32,000 nucleotides of DNA, from positions 180,001 to 212,000 of the forward strand of contig NZ_AP013028.1 in NCBI RefSeq assembly GCF_000829315.1. The letters are read 5' to 3'. This document shows positions 1 to 10,249 of this stretch, in pieces (positions within the stretch are counted from its first letter, which is position 1; the number at the start of each line of letters is the position of its first letter). The stretch is from Wolbachia endosymbiont of Cimex lectularius. GTDB lineage: Bacteria > Pseudomonadota > Alphaproteobacteria > Rickettsiales > Anaplasmataceae. A model generated the notes under the pieces. It was not told the origin of the DNA. It saw only the letters and a list, made by a program, of their open reading frames with translations, and made no database searches. Both the position numbers and the translations under genes were made by a program.

Positions 1-262
1 GTTTTTGCTTATGATAATAAAACTTCAACACTTAACATTAGACATGATGCGCCAAGTGATCCGCAATGCAGTTTAAGTATAGCATTCACAAAGGTTAATG
101 ATAATAAACCAGGGTTTTGGCAAAAACTTAAAAATATGTTTTAGCTAAAGTAGCATTCTTCTCAATGAAAAGATTTTGTATATGTTTGCTTTATTTGTCT
201 TGAACTATTGATAAGTCTGTTACAATAAAGTATAACTCTATTAGCTAAATATTACTTGAGAC

Positions 263-1021
263 ATGGAGATTTTTTGGACAACTTTGGAAAAGACATTGGG
301 TAAAGTTTTTCCTGCTAAAATAGTGAGCTCTTTTTTAGGAATAGGGTACTTACCAGGTTGGCAGAACTATTGGTCTTCTTTTTTTATATTATTTGTTACC
401 GATATCATATTGGTTCTCGTATACGGAGGAGATTTTATACTATACAAAATGCCAAATTCGGGCGTAGTTGTGGCTGCTATTTTTGTGAAGTTGGCAATAG
501 TTATGTTAGTACTACAATTAGTTGGAATATCCATTTTTCATACTCAAGACCCTTCAGCAAACAGTGGTGAAAATATAGTAATACAAATAGCGTCAGGACA
601 AGTGCTGACTGTTGCGTTTTCAATGCCAGCAATAATGTCAATTTATCATGCTGTAAGTAAACTCTATGGAAGCATATGTAAGCAGATACTTCAATGTCCA
701 TTTTGGTTTAATGATTTCATGCACTTGTTCTTTTTCTTTATTATACCTTATGCATTTTTTAATATTGTGGAAGTGATAAAACCTTGGCCAATAACTTCGA
801 TACAGCTCAGTTATAACAATGCAATATCAATTACACTTGAGGGGATTTTCCATACGTTTTATGCAGTAATTTTGCTGTATTTGACTGCATTTATATTCTG
901 CGATTTAACTATGCATAACGCAATTGTCCTAAACAAGAGCATAATTCAGTATGTGAAAGAAAATTCAGTAGCCTTGAGTGACTACTTGCATAACACCATA
1001 AAAAAAATAAATATTGAATAG
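263..1021 (+). CDS. hypothetical multi-pass membrane protein
   Basis: 252-aa ORF with several hydrophobic segments; no family recognised. Confidence 0.6.
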   Translation: MEIFWTTLEKTLGKVFPAKIVSSFLGIGYLPGWQNYWSSFFILFVTDIILVLVYGGDFILYKMPNSGVVVAAIFVKLAIVMLVLQLVGISIFHTQDPSANSGENIVIQIASGQVLTVAFSMPAIMSIYHAVSKLYGSICKQILQCPFWFNDFMHLFFFFIIPYAFFNIVEVIKPWPITSIQLSYNNAISITLEGIFHTFYAVILLYLTAFIFCDLTMHNAIVLNKSIIQYVKENSVALSDYLHNTIKKINIE

Positions 1022-1065
1022 TACCTATTTGCTTATATATTCAGCATAAAAAGTGTGCAGTTTAC

Positions 1066-1905
1066 GTGAACCTACAAAGTATAATAAAGGGATTGCAAGA
1101 TTTTTGGGCTGGTGAAGGATGCACCATACTCCATCCATACACATCCGAAGTTGGGGCTGGAACGTTGCATCCTGCAACAATCATGTCAGCAATTGATGCA
1201 AAACCAACAAAGATTGCGTATCTACAACCAGTAATTAGGCCAGCAGATGGACGCTATGGTGATAACCCTAATCGCTTATATCAACACCATCAATACCAAG
1301 TTATAATCAAACCTTCCGGTAATAATTTGCAGGATGTTTACCTAAGTAGCTTAAAGGCTATTGGCATATCTACAGAGAAGTATGATATTAAATTTATTGA
1401 AGATGATTGGGAAAATCCAAGTGTTGGTGCATCAGGGCTTGGATGGGAAGTTACATGCAACGGGATGGAAGTAACACAACTTACTTATATACAGCAAGTA
1501 GGAGGTATTGACTGCAAAATAATTCCTGGCGAGGTGGCGTATGGGCTAGAACGTTTGGCAATGTGCATACAAGGTGTAGATAATGTTTATGATATAATTT
1601 GGAACAACAACGGCGTGACTTATGGAGACATCTTTAAGCAAAGAGAGTATGAATTTTCTCACCTGGCGCTTGATTATTATGATACTAAAGTGGTACAGCA
1701 GCAGTTTGAGGACACAGAAAAACTATGTAAATTTCTTATTGGAAAAGAATTACCAGTAGCAGCTTATGACCAATGCGTTAAAACTAGCCACCTACTTAAT
1801 CTGCTTGATGCAAGAGGTGTGCTTGGTGTGAATGAGCGCACAGTGTATATTGGTAGAGTTAGAGAGCTGACAAAAAAATGTTGTGAATTATATATGGGTA
1901 AGTAA
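1066..1905 (+). CDS. glyQ: glycyl-tRNA synthetase alpha subunit
   Basis: Starts MNLQSIIKGLQDFWAGEGC with MQPYDVEVGAGT-like HPYTSEVGAGTLHPAT and YVAYVQPxRRPxDGRYGxNPNR-like motifs; followed directly by glyS. Confidence 0.97.
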   Translation: MNLQSIIKGLQDFWAGEGCTILHPYTSEVGAGTLHPATIMSAIDAKPTKIAYLQPVIRPADGRYGDNPNRLYQHHQYQVIIKPSGNNLQDVYLSSLKAIGISTEKYDIKFIEDDWENPSVGASGLGWEVTCNGMEVTQLTYIQQVGGIDCKIIPGEVAYGLERLAMCIQGVDNVYDIIWNNNGVTYGDIFKQREYEFSHLALDYYDTKVVQQQFEDTEKLCKFLIGKELPVAAYDQCVKTSHLLNLLDARGVLGVNERTVYIGRVRELTKKCCELYMGK

Positions 1906-1908
1906 CAT

Positions 1909-4026
1909 ATGTCGTCACAATTATTATTTGAATGCCTTTCAGAAGAAATACCACCGAGAATGCAAAATTCAGCTACAGCTCAAGTTAAGAGTTATGTTGC
2001 TAATGCTTTCAATAAAAATAATGTGAAATTTGCGTCTATAGAGGTTTTTATAACGGCACGCCGCATTACTCTTTTTGTTGATAGTATAAGCATTTCAGGA
2101 CTAAAGGGTTCTAGTGACGAAGTTAAAGGACCAAATGTTAACGCACCAAAAAGCGCCGTTGAAGGTTTTTTAAGGAAAAATGGAAAAAGTGAGACAGATT
2201 TATTCGTTCGCAAGGTAGGTAATGGAGACTTTTACTTCATCAAAAAGGATGCTTGCTCATTTAATGTCCAAGAGTTTCTCAAAAATCTACTAGAGGAGAT
2301 GTTGAAAAATTTCTCTTGGCCAAAAAGCATGAGGTGGAGTGAAGGAAAAGAAAGATGGGTTAGGCCAATTAAAAACATTCTATGCATTTTAAATGATGAG
2401 ATAATACCTGTATCTTTTGCAGGAGTCACAGCATGTAACGTAACGTATGGACATAGGTTTCTCTCAAATGGTACGGCGCTCACTATTAAAACACCTAAAG
2501 ACTACTTTGCATTGCTAGAAAAAAACAATGTCATTCTCCAGCCAGATAAAAGAAAACAATTTATACTTGATCAGATCGATAAATTCACAAAAGGGCTGAG
2601 TTTACAACTCGAAGAAAATAATTATTTACTGAATGAATTAACGGGGCTTATAGAATGGCCGATTGTGCTGTTTGGCAAAGTAGATCAAGAAAAGTCATCT
2701 GGACTACCGAAGGAAGTAGTTCTTAGCATAATTAATACACAGCAAAAATACCTTGCTTTAAGTAATGGGCAAAGAATTTCGCACTTTGTCACTGTTGTCA
2801 ACGTTAACAATGATGAAGTTGTCAAGGGGCATGAAAGAATATTAGAAGCACGTCTCGCTGATGCCCAGTTTTTGATATCTCAGGATAAAAAGGAAAATCT
2901 GGATTATTATGTCAAAAAATTAGACTCGATATTGTTTCATGCTTCTCTTGGTAGCGTTGGAGAAAAAGTAAAGCGCATTATAGCTCTATCGAAATATATA
3001 GCCATATATGTTCCACGCGCTTCACTAATTAAAGTTGAACGTGCTGCATATTTAGCAAAGGCAGATCTTGCAACGTCGATAGTAAAAGAGTTTCCAGAGT
3101 TGCAAGGAACAATGGGTGGGTATTATGCTTCTTACTTTCGAGAGGATGAAGAAATAGTGGAAACTATAACTGAGCATTATAAGCCGATCGGATCAGAGCA
3201 AGAATGTCCTAAATCTCCTGATGCAATTGCTGTGGCCATTGCTGATAAAGTAGATAGTTTGGTTGGTTTGATTGCAGCAGGTGAAAAGATTTCAGGTTCA
3301 TATGATCAGTTTGGTTTGCGGAGAATGGCAATTGGTGTAATTAGAACAATACTTGAAAATAACTTACATGTTCCAATCAGGCTATTGATAGATAAGTCAG
3401 CGTCTTTATATTCAAAACTTACATTTACTGAGGATGTAACATCATTTGATCAATCTAATAAACCGAGTAAGGAAAAAATTTCAGAACTAGTGCTTAAATT
3501 CTTCCTGGAAAGATTTAAGGTTATTTTAAGGAACAGGGGTATAAGGCAAGATGTTGTAAGTTCAATATTATATAAAACTGATATTAATGATCTGCTAACA
3601 GCAGAAAAGCAAACTGTTGTATTAGATCATTATCTCAGTACGCCTGAAGGTGAACAGGTTCTGAGCACTTATAAAAGGGTCAGTAACATAGTCAATAAAG
3701 CAGAAAAAAATGACAATACTACTTACGGTGCATCTTATAATAAGAAGTTTTTGATTGATAGTAAAGAAATAGCACTATCAAATTGTGCTGTGGCTGTTTG
3801 TAAAAGCATTAAACAAGCAATAAAAAATGGTTACTTCAATACAGCACTTGATGAACTTACTGGTTTTGCTCCATTTATCAACCAATTTATGGACAGTGTA
3901 AAGATCAACTGCGATTCTGATAAGCTGAGAAAAAATAGGTTGTCTTTGCTTGCGAGTGTTGTTTCCATCTTTCATTTAGTAGCAGATTTTAGCCTCATAC
4001 AAGTCAAACAATGGGCCATGTCATAA
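1909..4026 (+). CDS. glyS: glycyl-tRNA synthetase beta subunit
   Basis: 705-aa ORF, LLFECLSEEIPPRM N-terminus, FSWPKSMRW and EFPELQGTMGGYYA motifs. Confidence 0.97.
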   Translation: MSSQLLFECLSEEIPPRMQNSATAQVKSYVANAFNKNNVKFASIEVFITARRITLFVDSISISGLKGSSDEVKGPNVNAPKSAVEGFLRKNGKSETDLFVRKVGNGDFYFIKKDACSFNVQEFLKNLLEEMLKNFSWPKSMRWSEGKERWVRPIKNILCILNDEIIPVSFAGVTACNVTYGHRFLSNGTALTIKTPKDYFALLEKNNVILQPDKRKQFILDQIDKFTKGLSLQLEENNYLLNELTGLIEWPIVLFGKVDQEKSSGLPKEVVLSIINTQQKYLALSNGQRISHFVTVVNVNNDEVVKGHERILEARLADAQFLISQDKKENLDYYVKKLDSILFHASLGSVGEKVKRIIALSKYIAIYVPRASLIKVERAAYLAKADLATSIVKEFPELQGTMGGYYASYFREDEEIVETITEHYKPIGSEQECPKSPDAIAVAIADKVDSLVGLIAAGEKISGSYDQFGLRRMAIGVIRTILENNLHVPIRLLIDKSASLYSKLTFTEDVTSFDQSNKPSKEKISELVLKFFLERFKVILRNRGIRQDVVSSILYKTDINDLLTAEKQTVVLDHYLSTPEGEQVLSTYKRVSNIVNKAEKNDNTTYGASYNKKFLIDSKEIALSNCAVAVCKSIKQAIKNGYFNTALDELTGFAPFINQFMDSVKINCDSDKLRKNRLSLLASVVSIFHLVADFSLIQVKQWAMS

Positions 4027-5831
4027 ATGTTCAGGCGATAAAAAAACAAATCGAGTTATCTCCACAGTCTTGTGGTGTGTATAAGATGATAGGAGAGAAA
4101 GATAAGGTTTTATACGTTGGAAAAGCAAAAAACTTAAAATCGAGGTTATCTAGCTACCTTCGATATGAAACCCTTTCTGAACGAATCAAAGTTATGCTCT
4201 CACAAATTGTTGAGGTTAAGACCTTTCTAACTGAAAATGAAGTGGATGCACTGCTTCTTGAAGCGCAGTTAATAAAATCACTGAAGCCACCTTATAATAT
4301 TGTGCTCAAGGATGGGAAATCTTATCCTTACATAACAATTTCCAAACACGATTACCCAAGAATAGCACGATACAGAGGCAAATTTAAAAAGGATGAGTTT
4401 CACTACTATGGTCCCTTTCCATCTGCTGATGCTGTTAAGCAGACTATATTGTCATTGCAAAAAGCTTTCCTTTTGAGAGTATGTTCAGATCGATATTTCT
4501 CCTCAACAAAAAGACCATGTCTTGAGTATCAAGTTAAGCGCTGCTCAGCACCGTGCGTAAATAAAATCACGAAAGGCGACTACTGTCAATCAGTAAAACA
4601 AGCACGAGATACATTGCTTGGAAGAAATAAGGAAGTAAAAGAACAATTACTTTCCACAATGAGAAAGTGCAGCAGTGAGGAAAATTATGAGCTTGCTGCT
4701 GTATATAGAGATCGGATAAAATTTCTTGAGCAAATTCAAATGCAGCGAACGGATTTTTCTTTTGAAAAAGATGCAGACTTTTTCAGCATTGTACGTGAAG
4801 AGGATCTGGCATGCATTGGTGTGTTATCGTTCAGAAATAAAGACAATTATAGAAGTACTCCTTACTTTGTCGAGAACTGCAATGATCATCCAGATGATGA
4901 AATTTTATCCACCTTTCTGATCAATTTGTATAATTTAGCTAACATACCTCCAGCACAAATTTATGTTCCTGGTTTTGTTACAGGTAATGAAATCGTTGAG
5001 CAGGCAATACGTAACGTTACTCAAAAACCAATAAAAGTTTTGCATGCAAAAAATAAAAAAGAACATAGTTTGTTGAAATTCGTTTATGATAATTCTCGAC
5101 ATAGCTTGGAGCAGAAGCTTACTGATTATAAAAACAGTCTGGAAAAACTCGAGGAGCTGAGTAAAGTTTTCTTGTTACCTAATGTTCCAAAACGTATCGA
5201 AGTTTATGATAATAGCCATATATCTGGAAATCAACAAGTTGGCGTGATGATTGTTGCAGGGCAGGAAGGCTTTTTAAAAAGTGAATACAGAAAATTTACT
5301 ATAAAAGAAGAAATTTCAGGTGATGACTATAAAATGATGAGAGAAGTGCTAACCAGACGTTTCTCTGGCAAGATAAAGGACATAATTCCTGATTTTCTAT
5401 TGATTGATGGCGGGCCTGGGCATGTTTCCATAGTAAAAAATGTATTAGAAATATTGAATATAAATGTTCCTTTTGCTTGCATGGCAAAGGGCCCCTATCG
5501 CAACGCAGGAAATGAGAGATTTTACATGCTGGGCAGAGAAGAGTTTACTCTAGCAAATGACAGCAAAGTCATGCTTTATTTACAATCGCTGCGTAATGAG
5601 GCTCATCGTTTTGCAGTCGCTTCACATAGAAAAAAGCGCGATAAACAGCTTTTCGTTTCACCGTTAAGTAAAATAACTGGCATTGGTAACAAAAGAAAAA
5701 ATGCATTGATGTCTCATTTTGGTTCAGTGGAAAACATAAGCAAAGCTTCCCTGGCCGAAATTCAAAACGTAGCTAGAATTAGTAAAGAATTAGCAAAAGC
5801 TGTTCTTAAACACTTGAATAACAAAGAATAG
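4011..5831 (+). CDS. uvrC: excinuclease ABC subunit C
   Basis: GIY-YIG start (SCGVYKMIGEKDKVLYVGKAKNLKSRLSSYL), UVR motif, YDNSHISG and DLLLIDGGPGH-like motifs; 16-nt overlap with glyS. Confidence 0.97.
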   Translation: MGHVINVQAIKKQIELSPQSCGVYKMIGEKDKVLYVGKAKNLKSRLSSYLRYETLSERIKVMLSQIVEVKTFLTENEVDALLLEAQLIKSLKPPYNIVLKDGKSYPYITISKHDYPRIARYRGKFKKDEFHYYGPFPSADAVKQTILSLQKAFLLRVCSDRYFSSTKRPCLEYQVKRCSAPCVNKITKGDYCQSVKQARDTLLGRNKEVKEQLLSTMRKCSSEENYELAAVYRDRIKFLEQIQMQRTDFSFEKDADFFSIVREEDLACIGVLSFRNKDNYRSTPYFVENCNDHPDDEILSTFLINLYNLANIPPAQIYVPGFVTGNEIVEQAIRNVTQKPIKVLHAKNKKEHSLLKFVYDNSRHSLEQKLTDYKNSLEKLEELSKVFLLPNVPKRIEVYDNSHISGNQQVGVMIVAGQEGFLKSEYRKFTIKEEISGDDYKMMREVLTRRFSGKIKDIIPDFLLIDGGPGHVSIVKNVLEILNINVPFACMAKGPYRNAGNERFYMLGREEFTLANDSKVMLYLQSLRNEAHRFAVASHRKKRDKQLFVSPLSKITGIGNKRKNALMSHFGSVENISKASLAEIQNVARISKELAKAVLKHLNNKE

Positions 5832-5959
5832 ACGCAGAGGTGTGGTTAAGATATAAGCAAAAAGACTTAAACTTTAGCCTCAAACCACACTACACCGCCA
5901 TCTCATTCTAACAATTTTGCTATTCAACTGCTCCGCTGACTTGCCTTTTGTGTTATTAA

Positions 5960-6600
5960 TCATTTTCTTGACTTTTCTTGGAGCCGTTCACATTTTTCAC
6001 GAGCTATAGAGATAGCTTTTCTCAACTTCTCCTCAAGGATTTTCTTAGGGGGTAGCTGTGTTAAATATTGCGCAACGTGAATATTAGACCCCTCAAGCTC
6101 CAGGTATTCTATATCTTCTTGATCCTTATCGGCACATAAAATAATCCCTAGAGGTTTTTCTTCATCTGGTTTTCGTTCATTTTTATCTAACCAATTTAAG
6201 TACCATTCCATCTGTCCTTTATAGGCTGGTTCAAACCGACCTATTTTTAGTTCTATTGCAATAAGACGCCTTAATCCTCTATGAAAAAATAGCAGGTCTA
6301 AATACCTATCAGTTGCTTTAGTGCTCATCCTTTTTTGACGTGTCACAAAACAAAAATCGTTGCCAAACTCTTGTAAAAATTTTATCAATTCATCCAAAAT
6401 CGTATTTTCTAGATCAGTCTCACTATAACTTGATGGCAATTCCACAAAGTTAAGAAAGTATGGATCGTGAAAAATAAATTCAGGTGCTAGCGTATTTTCT
6501 TCACGTAACTGTTTGATGCTTTGTTTTATGAAGTCCTCAGGTTTTTTTGCTAATGCCGTACGTTCATATAACATAGTATCGATTTTACTACGTAGTGTTC
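5960..6600 (-). pseudogene. 5'-truncated DUF1016/YhcG-type PDDEXK nuclease-domain protein
   Basis: 204-aa ORF (MLYERTALAKKPEDFIKQ...DPYFLNFVEL...YLDLLFFHRGLRRLIAIELKIGRFEPAYKGQMEWYLNWLD...LGIILCADK) matches the C-terminal YhcG nuclease domain. The frame is open upstream to the IS junction (RTLRSKIDT-MLYERTAL), so the N-terminal half is missing. Confidence 0.8.
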
Positions 6601-6659
6601 TAAGAACCTGTTTAAAATCTTGGAAATGTGAGGTAAAGTAAGCATAGATTAATAATGAG

Positions 6660-6980
6660 GTGTCTATGCAGAAAAGTTATCCAAGTAATATAAGTCAAGA
6701 GCAGTTTGAAAAAATCAGGCCAATTTTGGAGAGTAGCAAGCAGAAAACAAAACCAAGAAAACTTGATTTGTATGACGTATTTTGTGGGGTGTTGTACGTC
6801 TTAAAAAGTGGTTGTCAGTGGAGGATGTTACCAAAGGGTTTTCCAAGATGGGAAAGCGTATATTACTATTTTCGAGTGTGGAGTAAAAAGAATGGAGAAG
6901 AGCCAAGCTTGTTGGAATTAGTCTTAAAAAAAATTAGTTGGAGAGGTCCGTATCAGCAATGGTCGGAAAGAGAAAACTAG
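6660..6980 (+). CDS. IS5-family transposase, N-terminal ORF (orfA)
   Basis: 106-aa ORF with DUF4096-like IS5 N-terminal domain (LDLYDVFCGVLYVLKSGCQWRMLPKGFPRW). Confidence 0.9.
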   Translation: MSMQKSYPSNISQEQFEKIRPILESSKQKTKPRKLDLYDVFCGVLYVLKSGCQWRMLPKGFPRWESVYYYFRVWSKKNGEEPSLLELVLKKISWRGPYQQWSEREN

Positions 6981-6991
6981 CTTTTGTATAA

Positions 6992-7456
6992 TTGATTCTC
7001 AAAGCGTTAAAAACGCAGATACTGCTGAAAAAAAAAGGCTATGATGCAGGTAAAAAGATTTCAGGGATAAAGCGCCATATTGCAGTTGATACACAAGGTT
7101 TGCCACATGCAATTTATGTAACAACGGCAGAAGCAACTGACCGTAGCAGTGCTGTGAAAATGGTCGAAAATGCTAAAGCAAACCTCTCTGAAGTTAAAAA
7201 CATACTGGTTGATGCTGGCTACACAGGAGAAAATTTTGCAACACAAATAAAAGCTATCATTGGTGCGACTGTTGAAGTAATAAAGCGAAGTGAGTTACAC
7301 ACTTTCGTCGTATTGCCAAAAAGATGGGTTGTTGAACGCTCTTTTGCCTGGTTAGAAAAGTGCAGGCGATTGTGGAAAAATTGCGAGCGGAAGCTCAACA
7401 CTAGCTTACAGATGATAGTCCTCTCCTTCATTTCTCTCCTGTTACGAAGATTTTAA
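6992..7456 (+). CDS. IS5-family transposase, DDE domain ORF (orfB), frame disrupted by A9 tract
   Basis: GYDAGKKISGIKRHIAVDTQG...LVDAGYTGENF...FAWLEKCRRLWK DDE domain. Confidence 0.85.
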   Translation: MILKALKTQILLKKKGYDAGKKISGIKRHIAVDTQGLPHAIYVTTAEATDRSSAVKMVENAKANLSEVKNILVDAGYTGENFATQIKAIIGATVEVIKRSELHTFVVLPKRWVVERSFAWLEKCRRLWKNCERKLNTSLQMIVLSFISLLLRRF

Positions 7457-7465
7457 ACAGGTTCT

Positions 7466-7883
7466 TAAAAGATTTCACTGAATATTCAGTCATCGGCAAG
7501 CCCTCTATTTGCATAATTGCTGGCAAAAGCTCACCTTCTAAATATCGACTAAACTCATTGCGAGCACTGACTGTATCTTTATCTCTGAAAAGATCCATAA
7601 TTGGATTAATATTATTGCCATAGAATAGTCTTTCGAATGAAGAATTAGGCAAAGCACCAGACTTTTCAGCAGCACTTAGCTTTTCATACGCTAAATCTAT
7701 CGCTCTTTGATATCTCGGTAAATTTGAGATATAAGTTTTCTCTTCAGGTAACAGCTCATTAGCTTTAAGTTGCCGCTCTGTATACTGCTTTTGCAATTCT
7801 TCAAGGATTTTCCTCTGCGAAAGTCTTTGCTCATATTTACCCTCAAGCGCCCCTGTACCCAAGCCACCAAGTAACCCTAGCAT
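7466..7883 (-). CDS. hypothetical phage-like protein, C-terminus replaced by IS sequence
   Basis: 151-aa ORF (7428-7883) whose last codons (KNLFKIFVTGEK) are IS end sequence; Gly/Leu-rich N-terminus MLGLLGGLGTGALEG; overlaps the upstream ORF by 7 nt. Confidence 0.5.
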
Positions 7884-8173
7884 CTTCCACTACCCTCAAA
7901 ATCTTCTCTATATTCACCAACAATATCATCAATAGCTTCTTGGCTTCTCGATAAACTGACATCACCTCTTAACTTTTCAAAGCCACATACTAGATGCTTT
8001 AACTCACCACCATCAACTAAACCACAGAGTCCCAAACATAACTTGAGTATTAAAGCTTTTTCTAAATGTTTTATCTTCTGTTCTTTATCAGAAGAGTTAA
8101 CTACATTCAGCAGCTCTTCATCGATTGCCTTACTTATAAGACTCTTTGTGCTTTTTTTATCTTCTGTCTCCAT
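7877..8173 (-). CDS. hypothetical small protein in phage-like overlapping gene set
   Basis: 98-aa ORF overlapping both neighbours (7 nt and 17 nt). Confidence 0.5.
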   Translation of the reverse strand: METEDKKSTKSLISKAIDEELLNVVNSSDKEQKIKHLEKALILKLCLGLCGLVDGGELKHLVCGFEKLRGDVSLSRSQEAIDDIVGEYREDFEGSGRC

Positions 8174-8321
8174 CTTTTTTTTCTCCTCTTTTTTTCAAAT
8201 GTTCTCCCCACATAAGATTCACACGAGTAGTTAATAAATCAAGAAACATTATTAACTCGCGGGCAAGCGTTGGAATACCTCTTGGTACTATTAAATCTGG
8301 ATTAGGTTCTTTCTTTTCCAT
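8157..8321 (-). CDS. hypothetical 54-aa protein (not in the supplied ORF track)
   Basis: Hand translation: MEKKEPNPDLIVPRGIPTLARELIMFLDLLTTRVNLMWGEHLKKRGEKKDGDRR*. It fills the 128-bp gap between 8173 and 8302 and overlaps both neighbours. Confidence 0.5.
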   Translation of the reverse strand: MEKKEPNPDLIVPRGIPTLARELIMFLDLLTTRVNLMWGEHLKKRGEKKDGDRR

Positions 8322-9385
8322 AGACTTTCTTCAATAAAAAATTAAATTCGTAACTGTTGTACCTTTTAAACTCGAATTTAAAACTTACCATCCCACCATC
8401 AACGCCAAAAAGGTTGTAGTTGAGTTTTATAACTTTCTCTCTGCTGTCTTCAAGTTCCGTGCCAAAAATTGTTAATTGATAATCTGGTTCAAGAGGAAAC
8501 CTTCTCTTATAGGAAATAAACATATCGATAAACATACCTCCCTCTTCAGAGTTTAGCTGTTCACTGATTGTATTTTCGTAGAAGTACAAAAGCGTTAATT
8601 GCTCGGTAATATAAGGCTTATATGACGGAAAATAATCGGTTATTATTACACCATCGAAGGCATAGACACTTTTATTATTGTTTGATCTGCTAGTCTCACA
8701 AACCATGATATCAGAGCTACCATCATCAACAAGTAAATTATAAACTTTATGCTTAACGTTGATGTGATAATTAGCAGAAAAACTATTTTGATTTCTAAGT
8801 AGTGTCCAAATTCCTGAACCAAAATGCAGACAGAAAGAAACGTTTGGATAATATTTGTTATTTAAATCGCTATTAGGCAGATTAAAAAACAAAAGATAAT
8901 AAGTATTATTATTATAGTTGAACATGCTACTGACCAAGTGGTCACTCAAGTCAATGCTGCTCTTTTCCGGTCGGAAATAATCAAAAAGTGGAGCATTATC
9001 GAGCACTTCCATTTCCTGAACATTAAAACGAATGACCACGAATTTTCCATCGTCTAAATAAAATGCACCGATTAAGTTGCTGCCATCATTTTCTAAAGTA
9101 CGCTTACTCACTAGCCGATAAGGAAGACTCAGTTCTCGCCTCTTGGTAAGTGGAAACAAACCGTCACTGCTTGGTTGTCCATACCATACTTCCATTCCAT
9201 GCCGTGTAAAGATACAGAGGTTATTATTGACTGTACCAAGACCAACACCTTTGCCAACATACGAATCAATGGTAAACGCTTCCCAGTCTTTAAACTCAGC
9301 AAAATCGCTAGCATAAAATACCTCTCCCTTGCTACTACTTAGCAAATACATAGTAGAATTTAGGATTTCAAAATCAACGATATCC
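8302..9385 (-). pseudogene. putative phage packaged-DNA stabilisation / tail accessory protein (P22 gp10-like), 5' end lost or interrupted by IS
   Basis: 349-aa ORF from Met at 9351; the frame stays open to the IS junction (KDIVDFEILNST-MYLLSSSKGEVFYASDF). Domain-like pattern GVGLGTVNNNLCIFTRHGMEVWYG ... FGSGIWTLLRN recalled from P22 gp10-like proteins. Confidence 0.5.
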
Positions 9386-9388
9386 TTA

Positions 9389-10249
9389 GAACCTGTTTAA
9401 AATCTTCGTAACAGGAGAGAAATGAAGGAGAGGACTATCATCTGTAAGCTAGTGTTGAGCTTCCGCTCGCAATTTTTCCACAATCGCCTGCACTTTTCTA
9501 ACCAGGCAAAAGAGCGTTCAACAACCCATCTTTTTGGCAATACGACGAAAGTGTGTAACTCACTTCGCTTTATTACTTCAACAGTCGCACCAATGATAGC
9601 TTTTATTTGTGTTGCAAAATTTTCTCCTGTGTAGCCAGCATCAACCAGTATGTTTTTAACTTCAGAGAGGTTTGCTTTAGCATTTTCGACCATTTTCACA
9701 GCACTGCTACGGTCAGTTGCTTCTGCCGTTGTTACATAAATTGCATGTGGCAAACCTTGTGTATCAACTGCAATATGGCGCTTTATCCCTGAAATCTTTT
9801 TACCTGCATCATAGCCTTTTTTTTTCAGCAGTATCTGCGTTTTTAACGCTTTGAGAATCAATTATACAAAAGCTAGTTTTCTCTTTCCGACCATTGCTGA
9901 TACGGACCTCTCCAACTAATTTTTTTTAAGACTAATTCCAACAAGCTTGGCTCTTCTCCATTCTTTTTACTCCACACTCGAAAATAGTAATATACGCTTT
10001 CCCATCTTGGAAAACCCTTTGGTAACATCCTCCACTGACAACCACTTTTTAAGACGTACAACACCCCACAAAATACGTCATACAAATCAAGTTTTCTTGG
10101 TTTTGTTTTCTGCTTGCTACTCTCCAAAATTGGCCTGATTTTTTCAAACTGCTCTTGACTTATATTACTTGGATAACTTTTCTGCATAGACACCTCATTA
10201 TTAATCTATGCTTACTTTACCTCACATTTCCAAGATTTTAAACAGGTTC
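9389..10249 (-). mobile_element. IS5-family element (ISWpi1-like), copy 2, 861 bp
   Basis: Same TIRs, identical predicted proteins to copy 1, flanked by TTA on both sides (9386-9388 and 10250-10252). Confidence 0.93.

Larger units (their letters stand above)
6604..7464 (+). mobile_element. IS5-family element (ISWpi1-like), copy 1, 861 bp
   Basis: Terminal inverted repeats GAACCTGTTTAAAAT / ATTTTAAACAGGTTC; transposase parts 6660-6980 and 6992-7456; sequence repeated at three other places in the window. Confidence 0.93.

Noticed and set aside
7061-7431. Antisense ORFs (61 and 70 aa) recurring at each IS copy
   Set aside because: They recur only because the IS is repeated; opposite the DDE domain, with no independent evidence.
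6604-7464. Naming the element exactly as ISWpi1
   Set aside because: Protein and TIR features fit the ISWpi1-type IS5 group, but my recollection is that the reference element is longer than 861 bp. An ISfinder comparison is needed before giving a name.
6604-10249. Simple inversion between the oppositely oriented IS copies 1 and 2 as the explanation for copy 1's TAA/TTA flanks
   Set aside because: Undoing an inversion repairs copy 1's flanks but makes copy 2's flanks mismatched, so one inversion does not explain both.
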